Below, piece after piece: positions 1 to 10,004 of a stretch of 64,000 nucleotides of DNA. Position 1 is the stretch's first letter. Every line of letters starts with the position of its first letter. Source of the DNA: an uncultured delta proteobacterium (GTDB lineage Bacteria; Myxococcota_A; Polyangia; Polyangiales; B10-G4). Below the pieces are notes generated by a model, which searched no databases, had not been told where the DNA came from, and was given only the letters and a program-made list of their open reading frames with translations. Location of the stretch: the NCBI GenBank assembly GCA_963727445.1, contig CAVSGI010000006.1, positions 96,001-160,000 on the forward strand. The letters are read 5' to 3'. Both the position numbers and the translations under genes were made by a program.

Positions 1-18
1 GCGGGTTACCCGACATGC

Positions 19-837
19 ATGGCAAATGGAGGCAGTGGGATCCGGCCGTTTCCGTTCTTCCGCGCTGGGGTGAGGGCGGACCCCACCGTGGGGGCGAAGC
101 CGGTCCTGGCGCTCGAGGGCGTGACGAAGTTCTTCAAGCCCGACGTACCCACCCTTCGCGACGTGAACCTCACGGTAGAGCGGGGCGAGTTCCTCTTCAT
201 CACCGGGCCGAGCGGCGCCGGGAAGAGCACGCTCCTTTCCCTCGTCTACCGCGCAGAGACACCGGACGACGGGCGGATCCTCTTCTCGGGCCGGGACGTG
301 GCGCGCCTCGCGCCCAAGTCCATCCCCTACCTCCGCCGCAACCTCGGGATCGTCTTCCAGGACTTCAAGGTCGTGGACCACTGGACGGTCTTCGAGAACG
401 TCGCCGTCGCCCTCGAGATCCTCGACATGCCCCGGCGCCTCGTCCGCGCCCGTGTCGCCGAGGCCCTCGAGCGCGTAGGGCTCGCCGGTCGAGGCGACGA
501 CCGGACCGAGAACCTCAGCGGCGGCGAGATGCAGCGCTGCGCCGTCGCCCGCGCCATCGTCACCGAACCCGCACTGCTGCTCGCCGACGAGCCCACCGGA
601 AACCTCGACCCCCACCTCGCGCTCGACATCCTCACGCTCTTCGAGGAGATCAACGCGACGGGCACGACGGTTCTCTTCGCCACCCACGATCACTCCCTCA
701 TCTCCAAGCGAACCCACCGCATCGTCTCCCTCGAAGACGGCCGCATCTCCGAAGCGCGCGGCGGCCTCAAGAGCTGGCACGGCCGGCTCTCGAAGCCCCT
801 CGCGCCCGCGGAAGCGGACGGAGGCAAGGCCGCATGA
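19..837 (+). CDS. ftsE: Cell division ABC ATPase FtsE
   Basis: Walker A GPSGAGKST, signature LSGGEMQR, Walker B LLLADEPTGNLD, ATHD; typical IPYLRRNLGIVFQDFK; followed by ftsX and envC. Confidence 0.92.
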   Translation: MANGGSGIRPFPFFRAGVRADPTVGAKPVLALEGVTKFFKPDVPTLRDVNLTVERGEFLFITGPSGAGKSTLLSLVYRAETPDDGRILFSGRDVARLAPKSIPYLRRNLGIVFQDFKVVDHWTVFENVAVALEILDMPRRLVRARVAEALERVGLAGRGDDRTENLSGGEMQRCAVARAIVTEPALLLADEPTGNLDPHLALDILTLFEEINATGTTVLFATHDHSLISKRTHRIVSLEDGRISEARGGLKSWHGRLSKPLAPAEADGGKAA

Positions 838-1715
838 ACCTCAAGACCGCCATCGTCCGCGCGCGTCGCGGCCTTCGCGAGGACCTCACTCTCTACATCG
901 TCGCCGTCTCCAGCCTGACGGTGGCCTTCCTCTGTCTCGCCGCGACGCTCCTCGCCGTCCAGAACCTCTCGGGTCTCGCCGAGAGCTGGGGCGAGAGCCG
1001 CCGCATGACCATCTACCTCGTCGACGGCGCCCGCCGCGCCGACGTCGAACAGCTGGTCGTCCTCCTCGACGGTCTGCCCGAAGTACGTACCGTCGAACAC
1101 GTCAGCTCCGCCGAAGCGCGCACCCAGTTCCTCGAGCAGACCCGGCTCGATGGTGAGCTCGGCGACCTTCCTCCCGATGTCTTCCCGTCGTCCCTCGAGG
1201 TCACTCTCGGCTCTCAGGTCACGGTGGAGCGCGCCGCCAGCGTCGCCAGCCGCGTCCAGCGCTTCGGCGCGGTCGAGGATGTCGAGACCTACGCCGCCTG
1301 GTTCGGCCAGCTCGAAGCGCTCCTCGCTACCGGGCGCCTCCTCGCGCTCGGCCTCGCGCTCCTGGTCGGATTCTGTGTGCTGGCCGTCGTCGGCAACACC
1401 ATCCGCCTCGCGCTCGCGAGCCGCCGGCGCGAGATCGAGGTCATGAAGCTCTGCGGCGCGACGGACGCCTTCGTCCGCGGTCCCTTCGTCGTCGAAGGGG
1501 CGGCCTCCGGGCTGGTCGCCGCGGCGATGGCCGTGGTGATACTCGGCCTGTCCTATCTGGCTCTGCGCGGCCAGCTCGACGCGAGCCTCGCGCTCCTCAC
1601 GGGCACCGACATCAGCTTTCTGACCCTGCCGACCGTCACCGCGATGATCCTCGGTGGCGGCCTCATCGGCGCCTTCGGCAGCGCGCTCTCCCTGCGGCGC
1701 TATCTCTCGGCATGA
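834..1715 (+). CDS. ftsX: Cell division permease FtsX
   Basis: ATG 834 overlaps the ftsE stop (ATGA); TM1, periplasmic domain, three more TMs; NTIRLALASRRREIEVMKLCGATDAFVRGPFVVEG. The upstream part of ORF 15..1715 is a shadow of ftsE. Confidence 0.92.
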   Translation: MNLKTAIVRARRGLREDLTLYIVAVSSLTVAFLCLAATLLAVQNLSGLAESWGESRRMTIYLVDGARRADVEQLVVLLDGLPEVRTVEHVSSAEARTQFLEQTRLDGELGDLPPDVFPSSLEVTLGSQVTVERAASVASRVQRFGAVEDVETYAAWFGQLEALLATGRLLALGLALLVGFCVLAVVGNTIRLALASRRREIEVMKLCGATDAFVRGPFVVEGAASGLVAAAMAVVILGLSYLALRGQLDASLALLTGTDISFLTLPTVTAMILGGGLIGAFGSALSLRRYLSA

Positions 1716-2704
1716 AGCGGCGCTTCCTGGTCCTGCTCCTCGCGCTCGTCGGCGGCACCTGCATGCAGCCGGCCTTCGCGCAGCCGGCGGCCACTGGCTT
1801 CGCTTCGGCCCCCTCTCGGCCCGGGGCCACGGTAGACGAGGAGATCGCCCGGACGATGGCGACGCTCGAGCAGAAGCAGGCGGAAAAGGATTGCGTCGAC
1901 GCCGAGATCGAGGGCCTCGCCACGCGTCGCACGGCGGCCCAGCGGCGACTTCGTAGCCGCACGCGGGCGCTCTATCGCATCACGCGCGCCGGCATGCTCC
2001 CCCTCGCGGGCGGCTTCCCCGCGCTGCTGTCACATCTGTCGCGCGTCGACCGCCTCGAGCGCATGGTGGCGAGAGACGCCGACGGGCTCAGCACCCTCTC
2101 CGAGCGCGGCGCCGCGCTCCGAGAGGCGACGGGGGATCTCGCCTCCGACATCGCCACCGCCGAGGCGCGTCTCAGCGAGCTGCAGGGGCAGCGCACGCGC
2201 CTCGAGGACCTCTCGCTCCGCACCGACTTCTGGGATCGCGGCTTCGCCTCGCCCGGCTTCGGGCCCGGCTCCGATACCCTGGGCACGGGAGGCGCGATGG
2301 GCTGGGGCGCCATCTCCCTCGCCGATCCCTCCGCGCGGCCGTCCTTCTCGTCGCAGCGTGGGCGTCTGGGCATGCCGGTGGCGGGGCGCGTCGACGTGCG
2401 GCCGGGCGACCGCGGCGACGGACCCGGCGTCGAGGTCTTCGCCTCTCACGGCGCCGTGGTCCGCGCCGTCGACGAGGGGCGGGTGGCCTACGTGGATCGC
2501 CACCCGGGCTACGGGCCGATGGTCATCGTCGATCACGGCGACAGCTACTTCACCGTCTACGGCGGCATCGACACCACCAGCGTCATGGTCGGCCAGAGCG
2601 TGCGCCGCGGTGAAGCCCTGGGATCGGTCGGCGGTCAGGCGATCTTCTTCCAGGTTCGCCGCGGAACGCGCGCCCTCGACGCTTCTGCCTGGCTCGGTCT
2701 CTGA
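1712..2704 (+). CDS. envC: EnvC-like murein hydrolase activator (signal peptide, coiled coil, degenerate M23/LytM domain)
   Basis: ATGA overlap with ftsX; C-terminal GYGPMVIVDHGDSYFTVYG; the M23 Zn-binding histidines are replaced (GPGVEV, AIFFQVR), as in EnvC. Confidence 0.8.
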   Translation: MKRRFLVLLLALVGGTCMQPAFAQPAATGFASAPSRPGATVDEEIARTMATLEQKQAEKDCVDAEIEGLATRRTAAQRRLRSRTRALYRITRAGMLPLAGGFPALLSHLSRVDRLERMVARDADGLSTLSERGAALREATGDLASDIATAEARLSELQGQRTRLEDLSLRTDFWDRGFASPGFGPGSDTLGTGGAMGWGAISLADPSARPSFSSQRGRLGMPVAGRVDVRPGDRGDGPGVEVFASHGAVVRAVDEGRVAYVDRHPGYGPMVIVDHGDSYFTVYGGIDTTSVMVGQSVRRGEALGSVGGQAIFFQVRRGTRALDASAWLGL

Positions 2705-2705
2705 G

Positions 2706-3791
2706 CTACTTCTCGTCGCCGAACACCACGCCGATCGCACGCGCGGTCTGGACGAGCTGCCCCGCCGGGTCGACGCGCTTGTGGTTCGAGAGCGCCTCGT
2801 CGAAGGGCACCGAGACGATGTCGGGCGTGCGCAGCGCGACCATGCGACCGAACTCTCCCCTCGCCACCAGGTCTGCGGCGTGATGACCGAAGCGGGTCGC
2901 AAGGACCCGGTCGAAGTTGCTGGGGCTACCGCCACGTTGGGTGTGGCCGAGCACCGTCACCCGCATCTCGGCGTCCAAGTACGGCTTCAGCCCTTCGGCG
3001 CATACCTGCGCGGCTCCCGAAAGGCGTGCCATCCCACCAGGGACGTGCTCGAGAATGCTCGCCTCGCCGCCCACGGGCTTCGCCCCCTCGGCGACGACGA
3101 TCACGCTGAACGGCATCCCGCGCTCGCGGCGCTCGAGGACACGGTCCGCCACCGCACGGATGCGGTAGGGGATCTCCGGGAGCAGGATGGCATGGGCGCC
3201 GCCAGCGAGGCCGGCGTGCAGCGCGATGAAGCCCGCGTCGCGCCCCATCACCTCGACGAGCATCACCCGATCATGACTCTCCGCCGTGTCGCGGATGCGG
3301 TCGAGGGCCTCGGTGGCGATGCCAACGGCGGTGTCGAAGCCGAAAGTGTAGTCGGTGGCGGCGAGGTCGTTGTCGATGGTCTTGGGCACCCCGACGATGT
3401 TCATGCCGAGGTCGGCGAAGCGCTTGGCGATGCCCATCGATCCGTCGCCGCCGATGGAGATGATCGCCTCGAGCCCCATCTTCCGGTAGTTGTCCATCAC
3501 CTGCGCCGAGACATCGTGCTCCTGGCCATCCCGGAAGAAGCGAAAGGGGTCGCTCTTGTTGGAGGTGCCGAGGATCGTCCCTCCGCGCGGGAGGATGTCC
3601 TTCACCTCGTTCGAGGTGAGCCACCGGTTGCCGTGCGGCGAGCGATAGCCGAGGTCGACGAGCCCGTTGAAGGCGTCCTCGATCCCCAGCATCTCGAAGC
3701 CGTGCCGGTGGGTCCCGACTTTGACCGCTGCGCGAATGACCGCGTTGAGCCCGGGGCAGTCCCCACCCCCGGTCATGATCCCGACCTTCAT
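2706..3791 (-). CDS. pfkA: 6-phosphofructokinase, probably ATP-dependent
   Basis: TGGGDCPGLNAVIRA, GGTILGT, GGDGS, PKTIDND, EVMGRDAG, LGHTQRGG. Confidence 0.93.
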   Translation of the reverse strand: MKVGIMTGGGDCPGLNAVIRAAVKVGTHRHGFEMLGIEDAFNGLVDLGYRSPHGNRWLTSNEVKDILPRGGTILGTSNKSDPFRFFRDGQEHDVSAQVMDNYRKMGLEAIISIGGDGSMGIAKRFADLGMNIVGVPKTIDNDLAATDYTFGFDTAVGIATEALDRIRDTAESHDRVMLVEVMGRDAGFIALHAGLAGGAHAILLPEIPYRIRAVADRVLERRERGMPFSVIVVAEGAKPVGGEASILEHVPGGMARLSGAAQVCAEGLKPYLDAEMRVTVLGHTQRGGSPSNFDRVLATRFGHHAADLVARGEFGRMVALRTPDIVSVPFDEALSNHKRVDPAGQLVQTARAIGVVFGDEK

Positions 3792-3856
3792 CGGCGCTGA
3801 GGGTAACGCTCGTCCGTGGGCTCGTCGACGGATCCCACGCGGGGGACAGGGTCAGC

Positions 3857-5038
3857 TCAAGGCGGCTCGAAGAGGCCCGCATAAGGGTAGGCGCCCCGCA
3901 GGCGCGGCTGGTGCGCGGCCCACGGCCAGGGCGCGGGGTCGCCGGCGAATCGGCCTTCGAACGCGTGCTCGATGAGCGTCTCCGCTTCTTTGGCGTGGGG
4001 GCTGAAGCCCCAGATCGCTTCCTGGGACACGTCGTCGATGTTGGCGTAGTAGCGCCACACGAAGAACCCGGCGAACCAGGGCTCGGGGACGAAGGCGCGG
4101 AACATGGCGTCGAGGGCACGTGTCTGTTCGTGCTCGTCCACGATCACCTGGGCCATGTCGTCCGGCCAGAGCCACGGCTCGACGGCGGCGTCCCGCCGGG
4201 TGGTGTAGCCGACCTCGACGAAGAGCACGGGCATGTCGAGGACCTCGGCGAGCTCGCGCACCTTCGGGACGATGGCCTCGGCGCCGTGGACGTACTCCTC
4301 GAAGGTGGCTCCTTCGTGGTCGGCGAGGGGGTAGAAGGCGTTGATGCCGACGAGATCGAGCTGGTCCCAGAAGAGCACGTCCTCGGCTTCGTCCCAGTTC
4401 GCGCTGTAGGTCAGAAGGCCGGGGAAGACGGCGCGCACCTCGTCGATCAGCGCACGCCAGAAGCGGCCGAAGCGCCCCGACCAGCTCTTGCACTCGACCC
4501 CGATCGAGAACGCATCGGCGCCCGCGCGCGCAGCGTCCTCGGCCCAGCGCACGACGAAGCGCCGGTAGGTCTCGTGGTACGCCTCCCAGTCTTCGGGGGA
4601 GCCGTGCTCAATCTCCCCGCGCCATCCGGTGGTCTCGACCCAGAGGTGGGGGATCACCATCACGCGCAGTCCGCGCGCGTGCGCCTGCGCGACCATGCGA
4701 CGAATCGCTTCGCGGTTGTCGGCGTAGGGGGCCTCGAAATCCATCTTGATCAGCGTGTCGTCGAGGCTCCACAGCCGGCCGAATGGAGTGATGGAGACCC
4801 AACCCGCGTCCATCGCCGCGAGCTCGTCGAGGAGCGCGCCGCTGTACACCGTCCCGTAGCCCCGCCCGGGCTGCTGCGAGGATTCGATGGGGCCGATCGT
4901 GACGCCCCGGATCGCGTCGTAGCCCGCGTCGCGAAAGCCCTCCTTGCCCGGGGGAAGGACGTGCCACGCCGAGGCGGGGGCCGGCGCGGCGACCGCGGCG
5001 ACGAGCGCGGCGAACGGGAGCAGCACGCGGCGGGACAT
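3857..5038 (-). CDS. Secreted TIM-barrel glycoside hydrolase, GH113-like
   Basis: Signal peptide ending ASA; PHLW...WRG, GVECK, LTYSANWDE, FWDQLDLVGINAFYPL, LFVEVGY resemble GH113 motifs. Confidence 0.7.
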   Translation of the reverse strand: MSRRVLLPFAALVAAVAAPAPASAWHVLPPGKEGFRDAGYDAIRGVTIGPIESSQQPGRGYGTVYSGALLDELAAMDAGWVSITPFGRLWSLDDTLIKMDFEAPYADNREAIRRMVAQAHARGLRVMVIPHLWVETTGWRGEIEHGSPEDWEAYHETYRRFVVRWAEDAARAGADAFSIGVECKSWSGRFGRFWRALIDEVRAVFPGLLTYSANWDEAEDVLFWDQLDLVGINAFYPLADHEGATFEEYVHGAEAIVPKVRELAEVLDMPVLFVEVGYTTRRDAAVEPWLWPDDMAQVIVDEHEQTRALDAMFRAFVPEPWFAGFFVWRYYANIDDVSQEAIWGFSPHAKEAETLIEHAFEGRFAGDPAPWPWAAHQPRLRGAYPYAGLFEPP

Positions 5039-5094
5039 CGGCGGCGGAGGATAGCAAAAGCGGGCGGCGATTGTCGTCGTCGTCGTCCTCGCGC

Positions 5095-7347
5095 ATGCTG
5101 CGATGGATGAGCTCTCGAAGGCGGCGCGCCCTACCGATGCTCCTCACCGGCGTCATGGCGATCGCTCTCGGCGCGCCGGGCGCGGTGCGGGCGCAGCTCT
5201 CGGGCGCAGCTCCCGAGCCGATGGCGGCGGGGCGCGTGACGCGCGGTGAGGACGGGCGCGTTCGGATCGCGCGCGGGCTCGCCCTCCCCACCGAGGGCGT
5301 GACGACGCGTGAGCGGGTGACGAGCTTCCTCCGGCGCTACGGAGAGCGCTTCGACATCGACGATCTCGATCTGGTGCTGGACGACGTCCGGCACACGCGG
5401 AACCACACCATCGCCGTCCTCCGGCGGCGGGTCGGAGCAGAGCGCGTGAACCGACGTTCGGTGCGGCTTCGCTTCGACCGCCGGGGTGTGGTCGATCTCC
5501 TGGTATCGGATCCGGGATCGCGCGAGGTCTCGAACCTTCCGCGCCGTGTCGACGCGCGCACCGTCCGGGTGCGCGCCGAGGCGGGCGTCCCTTTTCACGC
5601 AGCCCGCACGCGCGTCGAGCGCGCCCGGCTCGACGTCGGCGGCCGCATCGAGGCGGGCTTCGTCGCCCAGGTCGACGGCGCGCGGCCGACCGAACGCGCC
5701 GAGCTCCTCTTCGACGGGCGCGGGCGGCTCCTCGCGGCCGGTTCGCGCGTCGCGCACGCGCTCGGTCGCGTGTTCCTGCCGAACCCGGTGGTCGCGATGG
5801 ACGAGACCAGCGACGTCGAGCTGCCCAACCTCACCCGCGCGGACCGACTCACCGGCCAGTACATTCGTGCCGCCAGCTGCCCGACCTCCGGGCCGTGCGA
5901 CCCGCTTCAGCGAGCGGTCGCCGACGCCTCGGGAAACTTTCTCTACGAGCCCTCGGACCCGGCCTACGACGACGCCTTCTCGGAGGTGAGCGCTTACTAT
6001 CACTCCGATCGCATCGCGGCGTATTTCCGCGACGTGCACGGCTTCGTGTGGAGCTGCTGCGACACATCCACGGTGCTCGACGTCGTCGCCAACTACACGG
6101 AGGCGCCGCTTCGGCCCTACGACAACGCGTCGTACTCACCCAGCGCGTGCCCCGCTTCGGGTCCGGAGTGTGGCTCGGTGGTGCTCGGCCAGGGACCCCT
6201 TCGCGATTACGCCTACGACGGAGATGTCGTCTATCACGAGTACACCCACGCCGTGGTCGACTCGCTGGCGAACATCCTCGGCTTCGACTTCGACGACCTC
6301 GGCGTCTCCTACGAGCCGGGCGCGATCAACGAAGGCACCTCCGATTACTTCTCCGCGACGCTCTCGGGGGACGCCACCGTGGCGGAGTACTTCAGCGGCT
6401 CGGGCGCGCTGGGGACGGCGGGCGCACTCCGTGATCTCGACAACGACCTGCGCTGTCCGGACGATCTCTTCGGCGAAGCGCACCGGGATGGCCGCATCTG
6501 GGGCGCCACGGGCTGGGCCCTGCGGGTGCAGCTGGGCAAAGGCAAGGCCGACGCCCTGATGTACGCCACGCTCGCGGTCATGGTGGACAATACCGACTTC
6601 GACCAGGCGGCGTCGCTGCTGATGGCGACGGCCGAAACCCTGAAGAGCGACGGTCTGCTCACGGCGGAGGACGTGAGCGCGGTCGATGCCGAGGTCGCCG
6701 CACGCGGGCTCGAGGGCTGCCGTCGCATCGTGCCTCTCGATGACGGGGCCGAGCATCTGGGCTACAGCGGCACGACCTTCGCGACGGGCACCATCGGCGG
6801 GCAGGTCGCGCCCACCTATTATTCGATCGCGATCCCCGCCGACGCGACGCGGCTCACCCTCGACGTCGTGCCCGCCACGCCCAACGGCGAGCACACGATC
6901 TTCCTGCGCGACGGACGGTCTTTGCGCTTCAGCGGCGTGAGCCTGGTGGGCGACGCCGAGATCCCGGTCGACCCCGAGCTGCGCGCGATCACGCTCACCC
7001 TCGCCGACGATCCGCATCCGCTTCCCCGCTGCCAGACGCTCTACATCGGTCTTCGCACCGACGATCTCGACGCCACGGGGCAGAGCGTCTACAGCATTCG
7101 CGCCACACTCGAGACCAGCGGCGACGCGGGCGCGATGTGTCCCGACCCACCGCCGCCCGATGCGTCCGTCGACGCGACGACCGACGCCGACTCGGGGGCC
7201 GACGCCGGGGACGACGCTGCGACCTCCACGCTCCGCCTGGGCGGCGGGGGATGCCGCTGCGAGGCCAGCGGCGAGTCGATGGCACCGCCCTTCGTCTGGC
7301 TCGCCGCGGCGCTGTGGTTCGTCCGCGGACGGCGCCGCCGGGGTTGA
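5095..7347 (+). CDS. Surface-anchored zinc metallopeptidase (M4/M36-like) with MYXO-CTERM-like tail
   Basis: Signal peptide and propeptide-like region; DVVYHEYTH and AINEGTSD; GEAHRDGRIW; C-terminus GGGGCRC + hydrophobic stretch + RGRRRRG; start uncertain (5071/5095/5107). Confidence 0.8.
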   Translation: MLRWMSSRRRRALPMLLTGVMAIALGAPGAVRAQLSGAAPEPMAAGRVTRGEDGRVRIARGLALPTEGVTTRERVTSFLRRYGERFDIDDLDLVLDDVRHTRNHTIAVLRRRVGAERVNRRSVRLRFDRRGVVDLLVSDPGSREVSNLPRRVDARTVRVRAEAGVPFHAARTRVERARLDVGGRIEAGFVAQVDGARPTERAELLFDGRGRLLAAGSRVAHALGRVFLPNPVVAMDETSDVELPNLTRADRLTGQYIRAASCPTSGPCDPLQRAVADASGNFLYEPSDPAYDDAFSEVSAYYHSDRIAAYFRDVHGFVWSCCDTSTVLDVVANYTEAPLRPYDNASYSPSACPASGPECGSVVLGQGPLRDYAYDGDVVYHEYTHAVVDSLANILGFDFDDLGVSYEPGAINEGTSDYFSATLSGDATVAEYFSGSGALGTAGALRDLDNDLRCPDDLFGEAHRDGRIWGATGWALRVQLGKGKADALMYATLAVMVDNTDFDQAASLLMATAETLKSDGLLTAEDVSAVDAEVAARGLEGCRRIVPLDDGAEHLGYSGTTFATGTIGGQVAPTYYSIAIPADATRLTLDVVPATPNGEHTIFLRDGRSLRFSGVSLVGDAEIPVDPELRAITLTLADDPHPLPRCQTLYIGLRTDDLDATGQSVYSIRATLETSGDAGAMCPDPPPPDASVDATTDADSGADAGDDAATSTLRLGGGGCRCEASGESMAPPFVWLAAALWFVRGRRRRG

Positions 7348-7350
7348 TCG

Positions 7351-7716
7351 CTACATCGAGCCGTCGCCGGTGGCGCGGCTCGGTCGGAGCTGGATGTCGA
7401 TCCGCCTGTCTTCGCTGTCGAAGTAGACGGTCGCTTCCTTCGGCACGTAACCGGAGGCCTCGGCGCGCACCTGCCCGAAGGGATAGTCGGTCTCGACCGC
7501 CAGACGATAGCGGCCGTTGCCATCGGCCGTGGTCTCGGCGGAGTACCCCGTATCGGCGATGAAGGAGACGGTGGCGCCCGCGATCGGATCTTCGCTCAGA
7601 TCGTCGGTGATCTGACCGCTGATCTGGTAGAGCGCGGTCGGAGCTTCTTCGCATCCCCCGAGCGTCAGGAGCCCGAGGAAGATCGCCGGAACCGAGAGGG
7701 CGAGCCGGTGTCTCAT
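7351..7716 (-). CDS. Small lipoprotein, carboxypeptidase-regulatory-like beta-sandwich
   Basis: Lipobox LGGC; ISGQITD...PIAGATV...TADGNGRY...ASGY pattern. Confidence 0.7.
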   Translation of the reverse strand: MRHRLALSVPAIFLGLLTLGGCEEAPTALYQISGQITDDLSEDPIAGATVSFIADTGYSAETTADGNGRYRLAVETDYPFGQVRAEASGYVPKEATVYFDSEDRRIDIQLRPSRATGDGSM

Positions 7717-7732
7717 CGGCGTGGAGGATACC

Positions 7733-8566
7733 ATGATCGACTCCGTGGCCCCCGCCTCGTCGACCTCGACACTCCCCGGCCCATCGTCGCGGGTGTACGG
7801 TGGTCGCCCCGTGGCGAAGAAACGGACGCCTCAGCCGGACCCACCCCTGTCACGGGCCGCGCTCCTGCCCCTCTCCCTCGTGCTGATCTTCGTCCTTCAG
7901 TTCGGGGTCGGGCTCCCCTTCGCCCTGGCGGTCCTCTCCTCTCTGCCACTCCTGGTCCTCTTCGTGAGCGCGCCCGTCTGGGTGCGTCGCTCGGCGCAGA
8001 GCTTCGACCGCGACGCGGTGGGGCTCCTCGCAGCGGGGCGGGCCGGCGAGCTCAGGGCGCGTTACCAGCGGGCGCTGGGCCTTCGTCTCTTCGGTCCGGT
8101 GGCGCTTCGTGCGGCGCGTCAGGGGATGGTGGCGGCACAGACCGGCGAGCACGCCGACGCGCACGCTTACTTCGCAAAGGCCATCGACGGTTGGGAAGAT
8201 CCACGAGATGCGCCCTTCGCGGTCCGCGTGGGTTACGCCCACGCCTGTCATGCACTCGGCGACTACGCGGAGGCCGTCGTCGCGTATCGCAAAGTCCTCG
8301 CGGAGCGCGTGGCCCTGCCGCACATGCGGAAGAACCTCGCGCATGCCCTGATCGAAGAAGGGGATGCCCTGAAGGACGCTCTCGACGTTCTCGATCGCGC
8401 CGACACCGAAGCCAGCGACCCCACCGAAAAGTCGGAGCTCGCGCTCCTGCGCGCATGGGCCCTCTACCGGATGGGCCAGAAGAAGAAGGCCAAGCGCCTC
8501 TTCAAAGCCAACCGCGACGTCGACACCGACCTCGCGAACCGCGCCCGCCAAGCCTGCAAGGCGTGA
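7733..8566 (+). CDS. Membrane-anchored TPR-like protein
   Basis: Two TM segments followed by Ala-rich helical repeats (ALGDYAEAVVAYRKVL); GGAGG before ATG 7733; alternative start GTG 7811. Confidence 0.65.
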   Translation: MIDSVAPASSTSTLPGPSSRVYGGRPVAKKRTPQPDPPLSRAALLPLSLVLIFVLQFGVGLPFALAVLSSLPLLVLFVSAPVWVRRSAQSFDRDAVGLLAAGRAGELRARYQRALGLRLFGPVALRAARQGMVAAQTGEHADAHAYFAKAIDGWEDPRDAPFAVRVGYAHACHALGDYAEAVVAYRKVLAERVALPHMRKNLAHALIEEGDALKDALDVLDRADTEASDPTEKSELALLRAWALYRMGQKKKAKRLFKANRDVDTDLANRARQACKA

Positions 8567-8592
8567 GCACCCAACCGTTCGAGACGTGATCC

Positions 8593-8722
8593 GTAGGAAG
8601 TCGCGGAGGTGTGTCAGTCGGCGAGCGCCCCCGCAGGGCGCGACTGAGGAATACCGAAGGTATTTCGCAGGGAGTGACCGAGGAGGTAAGCCGCCGAATG
8701 GCGTGCCTCCGCGACTTCCTAC
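8593..8722. mobile_element. MITE-like inverted-repeat element A (130 bp)
   Basis: Perfect 17-bp inverted repeat GTAGGAAGTCGCGGAGG (8593-8609) / CCTCCGCGACTTCCTAC (8706-8722), extendable by about 14 bp with G-U pairs; internal hairpin AATACC-GAA-GGTATT; right arm contains the mglA TAG. Confidence 0.65.
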
Positions 8723-9309
8723 CCGCCGCCGCGCTTCAGTTCGGTGAGCACCAGCTTCGCGACCGCCTTGAGCGTGTCGAAGACGCCCTGGCCGGTGACG
8801 GCGACCGCTTCGAACTCGGGGACGGTCGTCGGGTTGAGGACCTGACGAAGCTCGTCCACCGGGGCGATGGCCGGCATGTCGCGCTTGTTGTACTGGACGA
8901 CGTACGGGAGCTTGTCGAGGGAGTAACCCTGCTCCGCCAGGTTGGTGCGCAGGTTCTCGAGCGACTCGATGTTCGCTTCCATGCGTGCGATCTGCGAGTC
9001 GGCGACGAAGACGACGCCGTCCACGCCCTTCAGGATCAGCTTGCGGCTCGCGTCGTAGAAGACCTGGCCCGGGACCGTGTAGAGATGGAAGCGCGTCTTG
9101 AACCCGCGGATCTCACCGAGGGCCAGCGGCAGGAAGTCGAAGAAGAGCGTCCGCTCGGTCTCGGTCGCGAGGCTGATCATCTTGCCTTTCGCGTCCGGAT
9201 TCGTCTTGTTGTAGATGTACTGCAGGTTCGTGGTCTTGCCGCACAAGCCGGGACCGTAATAGACGATCTTGCAGTTGATCTCGCGAGAGAGGTAGTTGAT
9301 GAAGCTCAT
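8719..9309 (-). CDS. mglA: Gliding-motility polarity GTPase MglA
   Basis: [55 protein letters not shown] closely match M. xanthus MglA. Confidence 0.97.
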   Translation of the reverse strand: MSFINYLSREINCKIVYYGPGLCGKTTNLQYIYNKTNPDAKGKMISLATETERTLFFDFLPLALGEIRGFKTRFHLYTVPGQVFYDASRKLILKGVDGVVFVADSQIARMEANIESLENLRTNLAEQGYSLDKLPYVVQYNKRDMPAIAPVDELRQVLNPTTVPEFEAVAVTGQGVFDTLKAVAKLVLTELKRGGG

Positions 9310-9316
9310 CGATTAC

Positions 9317-9799
9317 TCAGTCGTTGAACAAATTGTCGATGTCATCATCGGTGATTTCAGCGAACGGAGTCTCGCGATTCGGGTCCGAGACCTTGTTGAG
9401 CAACGCCTCGAAGATGCGGTTCAGCTCTTCACTCGCCTTCTTCACCCGAAGGCGCACGAGGCCGAGGCTGGTCTTGTTGTCGAAGATCACGACCAGGATC
9501 ACGCGGTTGCCCACGAGCTGGATGTGGATGTTGGCCTTCTCGCCCTCGTGGAACTGAGTGCTGAACTCGTTCTCACGAAGGAGCTTCGCCATCCCGCCCG
9601 TGGCGGCGATGTTGCCCGCCGTCAGCGACGCCAACGACGTCGTGTCGAGCTGTTCCGTGTCACCGGCGGCAGCGATCAGCTGCCCGTTCTTGTCGATGAT
9701 GAAAACGACCTTGGCGTTCGCTTCCCGAACCAGGCGATCGACGATCCCCTGGATCTGGTTGAACTCCTCCTCATACATCACCATCTGCGGGTCAGCCAT
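9317..9799 (-). CDS. mglB: Roadblock/LC7 GTPase-activating protein MglB
   Basis: MYEEEF...ANAKVVFIIDKNGQLI...SLASLTAGNIAA...SLGLVRLRVKKA...ITDDDIDNLF; directly upstream of mglA. Confidence 0.96.
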   Translation of the reverse strand: MADPQMVMYEEEFNQIQGIVDRLVREANAKVVFIIDKNGQLIAAAGDTEQLDTTSLASLTAGNIAATGGMAKLLRENEFSTQFHEGEKANIHIQLVGNRVILVVIFDNKTSLGLVRLRVKKASEELNRIFEALLNKVSDPNRETPFAEITDDDIDNLFND

Positions 9800-10004
9800 A
9801 AGCCCTCCGCGCTCGAAACTTCTGCGCGTGTGGAGAATGTCAGTCCTTGGCGAGCCCTAAAGACCCATCCGAGCAGCGGCTTCCGGTGGTAGCAGACCCG
9901 CCATGCTCCCGTAAAGAGCGAAGGTCTGGCGATGCGGGCCCAGAGCCTTTCGGTGGGGCTGGCGAGGGTGGCGGCCAGGCCCAGGCGGCTTAGATTGCTC
10001 CCCG

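Noticed and set aside
9800..10004. Hairpins in the mglB-sppA intergenic region (CAGACC/GGTCTG, GCTC/GAGC)
   Set aside because: Short GC-rich stems expected by chance; no match to an RNA family I recognise
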